From contig OZ251219.1 of assembly GCA_965240465.1 (NCBI GenBank), forward strand, positions 352,001 through 416,000: a DNA stretch of 64,000 bases, read 5' to 3'. Positions 29,463-40,095 of the stretch are shown one piece after another. This DNA is from a bacterium. GTDB lineage: Bacteria; SAR324; JACQKK01. The position numbers and the translations under genes are program-made. A model generated the notes under the pieces. The model searched no databases and had not been told where the DNA came from. It saw only the letters and a list, made by a program, of their open reading frames with translations. Numbering within the stretch: the first letter of the stretch is position 1; each line of letters starts with the position of its first letter.

Positions 29463-30299
29463 TCACAGCCAGCGGACCTCGGTCCCCGCGTGTAAATACT
29501 GATACCCATTTGCTAGGCGTACTTTCAGCAAACCTTGTTCATTTACGCCTTCTATGACCCCCTTGTGCCATTGACCCTCCAACCTCAGCTGCACCCGACC
29601 ACTCCCCCACCATGCCAACCGACGCCAACTCTCTAAGCAGGCACTAAGACCGATAGATTTCCCCGTACCACCACCTGACCCAGCTGCTATCGGCTCTACT
29701 TGGCAGCGTCCACGCCAAGCAAATAACCGTGCCAAGATTTTTCCAAACAAAGCTGACATAACCACTTCCTGACCCAGTAATTCGCTCAGCGTGCTTAACC
29801 GAGAACGCAATGCTACTGGATATTCCTTCAGAGACCCCCGTACATTCACTCCCACTCCTATCACTAAAGCTTGCCGACCTCCATTATATCGCCCTCCTTC
29901 CACCAACACCCCAGCTATCTTTTTACCCTCCTTACTATCCGATGCTACCCCGAGTACATCATTCGGCCACTTCAGGCGACATTCCAAACCGCTCTCCTCA
30001 CACACCGCCTCAGCCACTGCCACCGAGACCATCAAACCCATCAAACCCACCGCAGACTGCGGCCAGCCATGCCACACCAAGCTAAATTGCAACTGCTTTC
30101 CCGACACCGAAAACCATTTCCGACCCCGATGACCCTTACCTCCAACTTGATGTAAAGCACACACAACTAAGCCATCTTCTGTCAAAAACTCCTTCTCTGC
30201 CAAGAGCAGCTCATTAGTGGACTTCACCTTCGGCAATACCACCAGTCGCCAGCCACTAGGCACGGTAGTCTGCGATATTTGAGTAAGGAGATCTGTCAT
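29463..30299 (-). CDS. birA: Biotin--protein ligase (no HTH domain)
   Basis: STN, Q..GKGHRGRKWFS, LKWPND, KKIAGVL, IGVGVN. Confidence 0.92.
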   Translation of the reverse strand: MTDLLTQISQTTVPSGWRLVVLPKVKSTNELLLAEKEFLTEDGLVVCALHQVGGKGHRGRKWFSVSGKQLQFSLVWHGWPQSAVGLMGLMVSVAVAEAVCEESGLECRLKWPNDVLGVASDSKEGKKIAGVLVEGGRYNGGRQALVIGVGVNVRGSLKEYPVALRSRLSTLSELLGQEVVMSALFGKILARLFAWRGRCQVEPIAAGSGGGTGKSIGLSACLESWRRLAWWGSGRVQLRLEGQWHKGVIEGVNEQGLLKVRLANGYQYLHAGTEVRWL

Positions 30300-30384
30300 T
30301 GGGTTTTCCTTTTTTATCTTTTAGCTAGCTATTTCTAGTAGCTTAGATCCAGAACTTTTTTTAGGCATTGCCTTACATCCCAAT

Positions 30385-31524
30385 CTACCTCAGCCACACC
30401 GAAACCACCCTTGAGGACAACGACGCCCGACTGTTTTTGTCGCGAGGGATGTTAACCAAAGCTTCAATTTGGGATTCAATTCCACTGGCATCAGTAATGA
30501 TGCTAACCCAGTAATAAGTGTTAATAGTGGATAAAAGATAGTTGGTACCAAAATTATCGTTAAAACCCAGTTCCTCCAATGCTTTTGACAAGGATTGAGT
30601 ACCATAGAGGGGACGAATTTCATCTTCTGGCAAAAGCACCGCGGCGATTTCCTCAGCTCGGTCGGCGTAGGGCTGAATGCCATCTCTGGTAATACGATTG
30701 TTATTAGAGCTAAGAGTGCTAGTGAATTGACGGCGTTTTAGGTGAGAGACAATTTCCTGACGACTAGCGGTGTTAACATTGATCCTCTCTGGTAGAAACC
30801 AGCTTTGGTTGCCAAAGCGAGGTAGCACAGTAAAATAATTGTTCCAAGTTCCCCAAGGAATTTTGCTTTCTAGTACTCCACGCAACAAGCGGATCTCGTT
30901 GAAATCATCCAACATGCTATTTTTTACAGCTACAGGCAGGATGCCAAATGAATAAGATTCCGACTCAGCTCCTGAGGCTCCACTGGCACCATTGTATTCA
31001 GTATCATCGCTATCAGTCCAATCAACCGTGGCCGCATATATCTGAGCTGCGATGTATTCTGAAACATTTTCTGGTGGGGCTCCCAGTTGAATGGCAGGCA
31101 GGGGAATTTCCTGCATAGTCGCCCAAAACAACTCCCAGCGAATCCGATCTCGGTCGCTATTGGGTTGCAGGCTATTTAATTCATTAAGATTGTAAAGATG
31201 GTCAAGGGGGCGGACCGATATTGATTGGACTATCACATTGCCAAATCGTAGCTGCTTTTTCCCCGCCAATGCTTGCAATTTAGCTAATTCAGTGAAAAAC
31301 AATACCTCATCCAATTGCATAACTTTAGTGATCAGCCTAAGTCCTGAGCGAGCTGCATAGCGTGCCTTTTGGGCATCTTGGTGGGTACGCAATGCCCGAA
31401 TTTCCAAACCCATATCAAAGAATGATTCGCTGACAAATACCGTCAACAACAACACCGCCAGTAAGACGGTCAGCAAGGCTACCCCCCTTGGTTTCACAAC
31501 AGAAGATGATGATGCAGGCAACAT
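30385..31524 (-). CDS. gspK: Type II secretion minor pseudopilin GspK
   Basis: RGVALLTVL N-terminus, NLN, DW.D.D, E..LLRG, INVNTA. Confidence 0.85.
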   Translation of the reverse strand: MLPASSSSVVKPRGVALLTVLLAVLLLTVFVSESFFDMGLEIRALRTHQDAQKARYAARSGLRLITKVMQLDEVLFFTELAKLQALAGKKQLRFGNVIVQSISVRPLDHLYNLNELNSLQPNSDRDRIRWELFWATMQEIPLPAIQLGAPPENVSEYIAAQIYAATVDWTDSDDTEYNGASGASGAESESYSFGILPVAVKNSMLDDFNEIRLLRGVLESKIPWGTWNNYFTVLPRFGNQSWFLPERINVNTASRQEIVSHLKRRQFTSTLSSNNNRITRDGIQPYADRAEEIAAVLLPEDEIRPLYGTQSLSKALEELGFNDNFGTNYLLSTINTYYWVSIITDASGIESQIEALVNIPRDKNSRASLSSRVVSVWLR

Positions 31525-31559
31525 AGCACAAGATGCAATAGGTTCAATAATCCAAGCGA

Positions 31560-32369
31560 TTAGAGTTTAATAACTTCAGAAGTCAGATTTATTTCTATTT
31601 GGTGTACTTCCAGCTTGACTGGGATTTCCTCAGCTTGAGGATGATTGTCTTCTACTGCAATTTTAAGCGTAAAGCGGATCGCCAACGGCAAACTCCGCGA
31701 GGTTTTGGAATCCCATTTTTGGATCCATTTTGCTCGGGGAGATGATAAAAATTCTACCTGAAAACCACGTAACCTCTCGGTGATGGTGAACTGGCGTCCG
31801 CCTTCTTGGATGTTGTCATCCAGATAATAATCTTCCCGACGAATGAGTCGAAAATTTTCCGGGTCATCAGTTTCTTCAATCAGGTATCCAATTTCATGTA
31901 GTCGGGGATCCGCCTCTGGTTTCTCACGATGCAACAAAGCTGGTCGGGTTGCATGAAAACTAAGCTCGGTGAACTTCCCCTCTGGACTCAGCTGCTTGGT
32001 CACGGCGTGAATACCGCTTTGATGTCTAAGACCATAGTTTGGTAGCCAGCGTATGGCTTGCAGATCGGCAGCAATAATTTCCACCAGCAACCGAGATTGC
32101 TGCTGGCTCGCCAGACGATCACGTAAAACAACGCTTTGCTGGGAGATAATCCCAAAGGTGCTGTAGGTCAAACCCATCACCACCGAAAGCAATAAAATGG
32201 CGATCAGCACCTCTAGCAAGGTGAAAGCTTTATAGCATCCCTGATTGCGTTCCCCTTTGCATGCCCATTCGCATGCCCCTTTGCGTTCCCCTTTGCGTTC
32301 CCCTTTGCATGCCCCTTTGCATGCCCCTTTGCATTTACATTGCCTAGACCACATTTTTTCCGACCTCAA
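31560..32369 (-). CDS. gspJ: Type II secretion pseudopilin GspJ
   Basis: AFTLLEVLIA prepilin motif, W...WDS...LP.AI; position between gspI and gspK. Confidence 0.8.
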   Translation of the reverse strand: MRSEKMWSRQCKCKGACKGACKGERKGERKGACEWACKGERNQGCYKAFTLLEVLIAILLLSVVMGLTYSTFGIISQQSVVLRDRLASQQQSRLLVEIIAADLQAIRWLPNYGLRHQSGIHAVTKQLSPEGKFTELSFHATRPALLHREKPEADPRLHEIGYLIEETDDPENFRLIRREDYYLDDNIQEGGRQFTITERLRGFQVEFLSSPRAKWIQKWDSKTSRSLPLAIRFTLKIAVEDNHPQAEEIPVKLEVHQIEINLTSEVIKL

Positions 32370-32380
32370 TTCCAGCCGCT

Positions 32381-32776
32381 TTATAAATTAGGCAACAGCA
32401 CTTCACTGCGATAACTCTGAGATTGAGAGCCATTTTGCCAATTCCATTCTAATTCTACATATCGTAGCTGTAGCCCCGGGATCAACTCTCTAAGCTCCAC
32501 CTTCCGACTCCATTTCATACCCGCCAAAGGATGCTCTTCATCATAGGTTCCAGCTTGACTGATAATGCTTGCACTGGAGCGTTCCAATTGCATTATTTCA
32601 TTGTGAGCGTGTGTCATCACCCGTTGTAAATCAACCGTGTTCAAACGAGCCCGCAACACAGTGGAAAAACCCTGATGCAAAGCCACTAGGGCGGTAGCCA
32701 TAATCGCCAAAGCCACCAACACCTCCAGCAGAGTAAAACCATCCCCTGCCTTGCTATGTGAAAAAACTCTCCCCAA
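32381..32776 (-). CDS. gspI: Type II secretion pseudopilin GspI
   Basis: GFTLLEVLVALAI; size and position. Confidence 0.8.
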   Translation of the reverse strand: MGRVFSHSKAGDGFTLLEVLVALAIMATALVALHQGFSTVLRARLNTVDLQRVMTHAHNEIMQLERSSASIISQAGTYDEEHPLAGMKWSRKVELRELIPGLQLRYVELEWNWQNGSQSQSYRSEVLLPNL

Positions 32777-32826
32777 AAACTGCTTATCCTTTCTGCTCCT
32801 GAACGACCTGCTCTTAAAAAAAGATG

Positions 32827-33477
32827 CTAGGGCAAGTCCTCATTTACTAATTCAATGCCGCTGGTAAATCCCTTACTTTGAAGCACATAAGTTTCACCGC
32901 GGTAGTCCGCCCAAAGACGGAAAGAATCCGAAAACCCCGAAGGGTCAATGTAGATAATACCACTATTTCCTAATACCCGTTGCTCCAATATTTCCATATG
33001 CAGCAATTTGATGCCCTTAGGCAACTCCCGCGGCTGTAAATACTTGGGTTGTTGTAATACCTCCACCCGACCATCCCTACTAATACGCTCCACCTGCCAT
33101 CGGGACTTCGGCAACTCAAACACCATCCGATAACTATGCCTACGCAATACCGCCTCATTACGCAGCAAACGCAAGACTCCATTTAAGCGGCGCGCCTCTT
33201 GAACCATCCCACTCTCCAGCAATGAGCTAAATGACGGCACCGCCAACGCCGCCACCACCGCCAACAAAGTTAGCACGATCAACAATTCCAGCAGGGTGAA
33301 ACCTCTGGCTTTGCCAAGCTGAGCAGAATGCCTACCAGAGTGACCGCCTCCCCCAGAGTGATCGCCTCCACCAGAGTGACCGCCTCCCCCAGAGTGACCG
33401 CCTCCCCCAGAGTGATCGCCTCCACCAGAGTTCGTTGCCCGCTCTGCGAAACAGCAGGACCCTTTAGCAAAAAACAT
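32827..33477 (-). CDS. gspH: Type II secretion pseudopilin GspH
   Basis: GFTLLELLIVL; position after gspG. Confidence 0.75.
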   Translation of the reverse strand: MFFAKGSCCFAERATNSGGGDHSGGGGHSGGGGHSGGGDHSGGGGHSGRHSAQLGKARGFTLLELLIVLTLLAVVAALAVPSFSSLLESGMVQEARRLNGVLRLLRNEAVLRRHSYRMVFELPKSRWQVERISRDGRVEVLQQPKYLQPRELPKGIKLLHMEILEQRVLGNSGIIYIDPSGFSDSFRLWADYRGETYVLQSKGFTSGIELVNEDLP

Positions 33478-33520
33478 CGGAAAGAGCCTTTTAAGTACCG
33501 AGGACTAAAACTCTCCCACC

Positions 33521-34081
33521 TTAGAAATCATTACTGGATATATCTGCTGATTCCTCATCGCCTCCTTGGCGACCATCAGCACCGTAAGAAACGATCTCAT
33601 ATTCTCGGCCATCGGAGGAGGAGTACACAAAGGGTCGTTTCCAGCCGTCTGCAGGCAATTTACGACTTTTTAGGTATGGTCCTTGCCATTGTTCGGCGAG
33701 GGGGTCAACCGCGGGTCTTTCCAGCAAGGCATTTAATCCTTGCTCAGTGGTCGGATAAAAGGAGTTGTGCAGGCGATATAAATCCAGCGAGGTTTGTAGG
33801 GAACGCATTTGCAAACGGGTGGTATCCACCTTGGCTTTATCAACTTCCCCAAAGATCTGCACGCTCACGATGCCAACCAGCAGGGCTAAGATTACCAGTA
33901 CCACCAGAATTTCAATAAAGGTGAAGCCTGTTGCTCGTCCCAGTGGTTTTTCCGAGCTTTGCTTATTTAAGGGCTGGGACCACCATTTATTTTTTTTAAT
34001 CACTCGTTTGGCTTTGGCTATCGCTCCCAGTATTTCTAATCCAGCGGTTACTATTGTAAATATGATTACTATTTTTTTCAT
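33521..34081 (-). CDS. gspG: Type II secretion major pseudopilin GspG
   Basis: GFTFIEILVV, LDLYRL, YPTTEQGL.AL, WQGPYL, SYGADG..GG. Confidence 0.93.
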   Translation of the reverse strand: MKKIVIIFTIVTAGLEILGAIAKAKRVIKKNKWWSQPLNKQSSEKPLGRATGFTFIEILVVLVILALLVGIVSVQIFGEVDKAKVDTTRLQMRSLQTSLDLYRLHNSFYPTTEQGLNALLERPAVDPLAEQWQGPYLKSRKLPADGWKRPFVYSSSDGREYEIVSYGADGRQGGDEESADISSNDF

Positions 34082-34127
34082 TTTTTCACTCCATAAGAAA
34101 CATATTTTTGCTACCGAAGAGGGATTT

Positions 34128-35339
34128 CTAAGACAGCAATTGATTAAGTTGAAACAAGGGAAGCAAAACAGAAATCACAATAAATCCTACCAATACTCCC
34201 ATGATTAATATCATAGCTGGTTCCATCAAGGAGGTAAGAGCACTCAAGCGGTCTCGCAGTTCATACTCCAGACGGCGGGCAGCATTTGACAGCAAGGAAT
34301 CTAAGGCCGCAGTTTCTTCTCCGATGGCGGCCATCTGACAAATATCCTCTGGGAACACTCCCGTAGAACGCATCGCGGCGGATAAAGAAGCTCCACGATT
34401 TTGTACGTCAAAGATAACATGTTCTGCAGCTTGGATGTAAACATGATTTTCTAACACCTGTTTCGACACTTCCAAAGCTTCTTTCATTTCCACCCCATTT
34501 TGCAGCAGAATGGATAGACTTTCTGTAAAACGCTGCAATAATTGTTGTTTCAACAAGGCACCATAAATAGGAATTCTCAGCTGATTCCGATGCCACCATT
34601 GCCGACCCTTATCAGAACGGACAAACCTAATCCAAAGACGCACCAATGATACTATTACAATCAGCACCAACCACCACCAATTGGTTAAAACATTGCTACT
34701 CCCAATTAATATCCTAGTAGGCAGAGGCAAGGTACCTCCAAATTGGTCAAACAAAACCGCCACCTTAGGAACCACAAAACTCAGCAAAAAAGCGACCACT
34801 CCAAAACCAAATAGCATCATAAAAACAGGATATACCAAAGCGGAAGTTAAGCGATTTTTTAACTTATTTAGTTCTTCATAATATCGTGCTAGCCGCTCCA
34901 TGATGTGGTCTAGGCGGCCGCTGGTTTCTCCGCTACGCACCATGCTGATAACTAAGGGCGGAAATTCTTTGGGTTCTTTAGCCATTGCATCGGCCAAATA
35001 TACTCCTTCTGCTACCTGTTCTCGGACTCTCCCCAGCATTTCTTTGGTGTGTGCGTGGGAGGATTCATTTTGCAACATTCCCAGAACCGCATCATAAGCA
35101 ATCCCCGCTTTTAGCAGGATAGACATCTGCTGACAAAAATTAGCCAGACGTCCTAAGTTAAAACTTTTGCGTCTAGACTTAAGCCAAACCCGCCAAGAAA
35201 ACCAAGACACCCGTAAAGACAACGTTTGAATTTGACGCTCGCTCAATAGCAGGTAGGCCTGCTGCTTGTTACGAGCAGTAATAGCCCCGTGGACGGTGCG
35301 TCCTTCTTTATTTATTCCTTTATAGGTGTAGTTTTGCAT
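34128..35339 (-). CDS. gspF: Type II secretion inner membrane platform protein GspF
   Basis: GETSGRLD, ALVYP, LPLPTRIL, IGEET, MEPAMI. Confidence 0.9.
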   Translation of the reverse strand: MQNYTYKGINKEGRTVHGAITARNKQQAYLLLSERQIQTLSLRVSWFSWRVWLKSRRKSFNLGRLANFCQQMSILLKAGIAYDAVLGMLQNESSHAHTKEMLGRVREQVAEGVYLADAMAKEPKEFPPLVISMVRSGETSGRLDHIMERLARYYEELNKLKNRLTSALVYPVFMMLFGFGVVAFLLSFVVPKVAVLFDQFGGTLPLPTRILIGSSNVLTNWWWLVLIVIVSLVRLWIRFVRSDKGRQWWHRNQLRIPIYGALLKQQLLQRFTESLSILLQNGVEMKEALEVSKQVLENHVYIQAAEHVIFDVQNRGASLSAAMRSTGVFPEDICQMAAIGEETAALDSLLSNAARRLEYELRDRLSALTSLMEPAMILIMGVLVGFIVISVLLPLFQLNQLLS

Positions 35340-35350
35340 CGGAAAGCTAC

Positions 35351-36577
35351 CTAGCGTTTTGGACGGCGAATCTGATAACGATAAACAGCCTTAGAATGAG
35401 TGGCAAAATCTTTAGAAAAAAAGTGACTACCATCACCCTTGGAAACAAAATAAAGATAATCGCTTTCTTCAGGCTCTAAAACTGATCTCAAGCTCGCCAA
35501 GCCCGGACTAGCAATGGGAGTGGGCGGTAATCCTTTAATAATGTAAGTATTGTAAGGAGTCCAAGCTCGCAAATGAGAACGCTTAATGTTGCCATCAAAA
35601 TTAGTCAGTCCGTAAATCACGGTGGGATCAGTCTGCAATTTGATATCCTTACCCAAACGATTATGAAACACCGACGATATCAAATGGCGTTCCTTAACAT
35701 TGCCAGTTTCTTTTTCCACAATGGAGGCTAATATAATCACCTGATAAGAACTAAGATTGTTAGGACTGGGCTGTCTAAAAATAAAGCGGGCTTGTCGCAA
35801 AAATTCCCTCGCCATGGATCGCAAAACCAACTCTGCAGAGCTATCCACCGTAAAATAATAAGTCTCCGGTAATAACAAACCCTCTAAAGACAACGGAGAT
35901 TGCTCAAAAGGAAGTCCCAAAGAAGCAATGAAAGTTGCATCATAGGCTAGTCTTAAAAACTCGGTTTTAGTAGTGATCCCTTTATCACCAAATTGCTGGG
36001 CAATTTCTCTTAGGTTAAATCCTTCTGGAATGGTCATCCTGACTAACTGCACATTCCCCTGCACCAGTCGCTGAACCAATACTCGCACCGAAGGACGCTC
36101 ATTAAAAACATACTCCCCAGGCTTCAAATTCCTATCCCCTCCATGCAAACGAGCCCATAAATGCACCCAGTCTGGATAAGGCATCTCACCCCGAGATACC
36201 AAATCAACAGTCACTCCAGCTAATGAATCCCCACGCTGAACCTCAAATTGTATTGCTCCATTTAACCCCGGCAATACCGAAACCCATACCCATAAACCAC
36301 CATATCCCAACCCCAAACAAAGCAACACTGCCAAAATCCAGCCCAGACATTTATGTCTTAACCACCTCGCTAAGAAGACCGGTGCCGATATAAATTGCCT
36401 ACCCTTATGCCAAATATACTTAAAACCCTTCTTTGGCCTATCCATTAAGACCTTCCACCATCTCTGTTCTAGATTTTTTACCTCATTTGGCAAAGATAGC
36501 TTTTTAGCTGGGCTGGATTTTGCCGACTGTCTCTTACGCCTAATGACTGCTGGTGAAGGGGAAGTTTTTTTTCGCAT
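35351..36577 (-). CDS. mltG: Endolytic transglycosylase MltG (YceG family)
   Basis: TIPEG, LEG.L.PETY, ASIVEKET, VFHNRL, LQTDPT, YNTY...GLPPTPI, YLYFV. Confidence 0.92.
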   Translation of the reverse strand: MRKKTSPSPAVIRRKRQSAKSSPAKKLSLPNEVKNLEQRWWKVLMDRPKKGFKYIWHKGRQFISAPVFLARWLRHKCLGWILAVLLCLGLGYGGLWVWVSVLPGLNGAIQFEVQRGDSLAGVTVDLVSRGEMPYPDWVHLWARLHGGDRNLKPGEYVFNERPSVRVLVQRLVQGNVQLVRMTIPEGFNLREIAQQFGDKGITTKTEFLRLAYDATFIASLGLPFEQSPLSLEGLLLPETYYFTVDSSAELVLRSMAREFLRQARFIFRQPSPNNLSSYQVIILASIVEKETGNVKERHLISSVFHNRLGKDIKLQTDPTVIYGLTNFDGNIKRSHLRAWTPYNTYIIKGLPPTPIASPGLASLRSVLEPEESDYLYFVSKGDGSHFFSKDFATHSKAVYRYQIRRPKR

Positions 36578-36641
36578 ATTGATTTTTCCTGCATTAAATT
36601 GCCGATCTAACTATGACAGATAGCCTCATTCTGCTAAATTG

Positions 36642-37499
36642 CTAGATACGCAATCGGGGTTTAGCCAAGTGTCCTTCCAAATAAAAACGCAACTGACCTT
36701 GCTTAAGATAGCCTTCTAACAAAGGACGAATCCCTCCTAATTTTTCCATCCAATTTTGCCGAGGAGTCAATTGTGCCTGCAAACTTAAAACGCTATTTCG
36801 TGGATTACTGGCATTCCATTGGATGCTACCACTGATTTCTCCTTCCCAATCTCCCTCTACTCGTAGCTCCCGTAATTGCACTGTTCCATCCGATTCAATC
36901 CTTAACTGAACCCGTCCAATCTCCAACTTAGGCACTGAAAACCCTAGTACTTGCAATCCTCCTAGGCTCAAATCATCCACCATAGCTTCCAGACTTCCTT
37001 GGGGAGCCACCTTTCTATTAGACCATGATACCATCGCTTTCGCCCTGAGATCACCACCGACTACCATCCTGCCAAAACCTTGCTCTTCTAAAACCTGCCA
37101 GATTGATAACTCTTCTAAAGGTAACTTCATCCGCAAGCGAAACTTACCCGAAGATGACCACGGTAACCGCACCCGAATACGACCTCGTTTTCCAGTACGC
37201 AACCGCAACAAAGGACCTCCAAATAGAGACTCCAACAATGACACATTGGCACTCTTTAACGAAACTACCGGTGCTTTGACCTCACTCAAACGAGCAATTA
37301 ATCCTGAACTCCCTATCCCATTCCATCTAATTCCCACCTGCTTAACCTCCCAACTCCAGCCTGTAGCACGCTCCAGCTCGTGGCGTATGGTATCGGTCAC
37401 CACTCCCCGAGGAAAATTCACTACCAACCCCACAAACATAGAAGCTGAGAATAAACCCAGTCCCCACAGCAAATAGGTTTTTCTACTGTGCATCTGCAT
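36642..37499 (-). CDS. GspN-like type II secretion protein
   Basis: N-terminal anchor ending in FP, beta-rich body, C-terminal G.L.KP; follows gspM. Confidence 0.6.
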   Translation of the reverse strand: MQMHSRKTYLLWGLGLFSASMFVGLVVNFPRGVVTDTIRHELERATGWSWEVKQVGIRWNGIGSSGLIARLSEVKAPVVSLKSANVSLLESLFGGPLLRLRTGKRGRIRVRLPWSSSGKFRLRMKLPLEELSIWQVLEEQGFGRMVVGGDLRAKAMVSWSNRKVAPQGSLEAMVDDLSLGGLQVLGFSVPKLEIGRVQLRIESDGTVQLRELRVEGDWEGEISGSIQWNASNPRNSVLSLQAQLTPRQNWMEKLGGIRPLLEGYLKQGQLRFYLEGHLAKPRLRI

Positions 37500-37567
37500 G
37501 CTAATCTACCTTCTCTTTATCCTTCCAAAACTAACTTCCTAAAGTAATTACAACCATCCACCTAAGA

Positions 37568-38080
37568 TTACAAACCCACCACCTGCAACCGCAACCGTAG
37601 TAAATCCGGATTGTTAAATGCTCTGCTAACCTCTGATAGTCGTATCACCATCGGCACAGATGATGACTCTATCAAATAGATCATATAAACCACTTCGTCC
37701 CATGGTAGGGCATCTATCTGTACTTCTACGCTGGCAACGCTTCTTGTGTTGCTGGCTATTTCCTTTATTTTTACCTGCTCTTGCAATCCCAGCTGCCCTA
37801 CCAATAATTCCAAATGACTTAAAATATTTATCTCTCTCCTTTTGTTAACCAAAGCCTGTAAACGTTTCTTTTCAACCTTCAATTGTTGAGCACTGCGTAA
37901 ATTGAAACGCTGATTCTTCAATTCAACCTCCATATCGTGAGATCGCCTTAATACCCCGCCAATCGTCCAGTACATCAACAACCCCAACAACAATGCCGTC
38001 ATCCCTCCCAACAAAAATCTCTCCCGCCTAGATAAAGAATCCCAAAGTGCAACCACCACCTGCCAGCGTTCTCCATTCAT
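37568..38080 (-). CDS. gspM: Type II secretion protein GspM
   Basis: W..LS.RER..L followed by a TM helix and coiled coil. Confidence 0.75.
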   Translation of the reverse strand: MNGERWQVVVALWDSLSRRERFLLGGMTALLLGLLMYWTIGGVLRRSHDMEVELKNQRFNLRSAQQLKVEKKRLQALVNKRREINILSHLELLVGQLGLQEQVKIKEIASNTRSVASVEVQIDALPWDEVVYMIYLIESSSVPMVIRLSEVSRAFNNPDLLRLRLQVVGL

Positions 38081-40095
38081 TTCTTCTCCTCCTTTGATTC
38101 TTCCCTTACTGGATTGAATAATGATCCTTCAATTTGTATGGGATCAATCTTCAATTCTTTCAGCTGCAATATCTTATCACTTGGCTTAATAATCTTTGGC
38201 TCAGTGATATTCTTGGGAAGCTTTGGCTCAGTGATATTCTTGGGAAGCTTTGGCTCAGTGATATTCTTGGGAAGCTTTGGCTCAACCTTTAGATTACCGC
38301 CTGTTGGCTTATCCTCTGCTGATTTGCCTTCTGCTGATTTGCCCTCTGCTGATTTGTCTGCTGGCTTATCGTCTTCTAATTCCGTTTTAATTAATTTATC
38401 TCCTAAGTTGCTCTTTACTAATCTGGCACTGGGAGCAATCCCTGAACGATCCAAATTCAACTGAAACACGATCCCTTCCTTATTCCGACTATGAGTTAAA
38501 TTGGCTTTTGATCCAACCCATCCTGGTATTGCCATCAAGCTATCCCTTAGGAATTCTGAATCTGTATAGACCTTCACTCGCCCTCCCAGCACTAATTCTG
38601 ATCCTGTATAGCGAAAATTATCCACCTGAGTACCTATTCTTCCTTTGAGGGATTTTGATATTTCTTTAAATAGTCTAAGTACCTCATATTGATATATTCC
38701 CAGGAGCTCTACCTCCTTATATTGCGACCTTAGGTCGCCTACTTCCTTAGCTAGACGTCCCAGGGCATCATCTATTGCCAAGGGAGATAAATTTCCTTGC
38801 AAGCCCAGATTCTTTTGTACTTCGGTACTTAATATATCTAGCTTCTTTTGCCGACCTTGCAACTGATGACTTAAATTCTTCCCTCCAAAGAAACACACCA
38901 ACAGAAACAATCCCAAGGTGGTAGCCAAACCCACCCGATGCTCACGCAGCCAAGATGCCCACACAGCTTTACCCCGATAAAAACTAGTACCTGTCATCCC
39001 TATCATGGGGTGATTTCCCCTTACCAAGTACTTCAATAGGCCTTGTTGCTCTTTAATTTTTGTCTGCTTTGCCTTAGTATTTTTGGTTAGTTCCAATCCA
39101 TTTTCCAGGGACCATTGCAATTTATCAGCATGATCTCCATGCAACGATACCCGACAATTCTTAGCTATTCCCTGTAATCGCATCCAATTGACTACCGCCA
39201 GACAGACAGCTCTTAAATCCTTATCAGGTGGAGAATCTGCCAGCTGCGATGGCAAAACATAGCTCCTATACAAGCTTCCCGCCAAGATATGATTAACCAA
39301 ACATTCACCTTGACCTAGGTACACCTGTACGTATTCATTGGTTTTTGCTGCTGGCAAGCTTTCATATAATGCTTGTGCCGAGAAGGTCACTCTCCGTACA
39401 TGCAGCCTTTTTTCTTCACATACACCCACCCACTCCATCAATGGTTGCTTAGCCAGTAAGCGTACCAACACTTCGTTACTGCCTTCTTTGGCAGAAATCG
39501 GCAAAGAGGAAAAATCGTACACTAAATTATCTAGACCTTCTAATAGCTCGCTGTGCAGTTCAAAGCTGAGCACACTACGTATTTGATGTACCCTCTTCAC
39601 CCGTACCTCCACTACCCGATGGCGAACCCCAGTCGTTGCAACCACTAGTAGTAGACTGCCATGCGTCCACCCTAGGTAATTAATGAACGCTTTCAATCTA
39701 GCTGGAGAACACCATTCTAGTTCTGCCGATTTTTTATCATTATGTTGTTTCAGAGCAGATACTTCATTCACCGCAGTTTGAAACCGAAAACGAGCTCCTT
39801 CAGTAGAATCAAAATCAAGACTTTCAATCCTGTTTTTTGATACATACAAAATTCGCATACCTGCCCGCATCACCGGCTGAGATTCCGTACGCTGTTTAAT
39901 CACCTCTTTCCAGTGCTTAGCAAAGCTTTGCATCAGGCCATAGATTTTCAGCTTGGATATTTTTTGCAGACAAGATTGTCCCCGTGATTTTAATATCTCC
40001 CAAAACTTTCGCCCGTTTTTCCAAGAGGAAAGACAGAGGCCATTTTTTAGAATCTTGGCAAGGTTCTTTATTCTGTGGTGTCCTACAAATTTCAA
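38077..40095 (-). CDS. GspL-like protein with repetitive C-terminal tail
   Basis: Cytoplasmic domain with ..LSFEL...L...L..L.YDF, single TM, periplasmic domain; overlaps gspM. PKLPKNITE x3 and KSAEG repeats at about 38194-38370. Confidence 0.65.
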   Translation of the reverse strand: MKFVGHHRIKNLAKILKNGLCLSSWKNGRKFWEILKSRGQSCLQKISKLKIYGLMQSFAKHWKEVIKQRTESQPVMRAGMRILYVSKNRIESLDFDSTEGARFRFQTAVNEVSALKQHNDKKSAELEWCSPARLKAFINYLGWTHGSLLLVVATTGVRHRVVEVRVKRVHQIRSVLSFELHSELLEGLDNLVYDFSSLPISAKEGSNEVLVRLLAKQPLMEWVGVCEEKRLHVRRVTFSAQALYESLPAAKTNEYVQVYLGQGECLVNHILAGSLYRSYVLPSQLADSPPDKDLRAVCLAVVNWMRLQGIAKNCRVSLHGDHADKLQWSLENGLELTKNTKAKQTKIKEQQGLLKYLVRGNHPMIGMTGTSFYRGKAVWASWLREHRVGLATTLGLFLLVCFFGGKNLSHQLQGRQKKLDILSTEVQKNLGLQGNLSPLAIDDALGRLAKEVGDLRSQYKEVELLGIYQYEVLRLFKEISKSLKGRIGTQVDNFRYTGSELVLGGRVKVYTDSEFLRDSLMAIPGWVGSKANLTHSRNKEGIVFQLNLDRSGIAPSARLVKSNLGDKLIKTELEDDKPADKSAEGKSAEGKSAEDKPTGGNLKVEPKLPKNITEPKLPKNITEPKLPKNITEPKIIKPSDKILQLKELKIDPIQIEGSLFNPVREESKEEKK

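Noticed and set aside
33328-33918. 196-aa plus-strand ORF with TASPRV repeats
   Set aside because: Antisense shadow of gspH/gspG; the repeats are the reverse complement of the gspH leader repeat.
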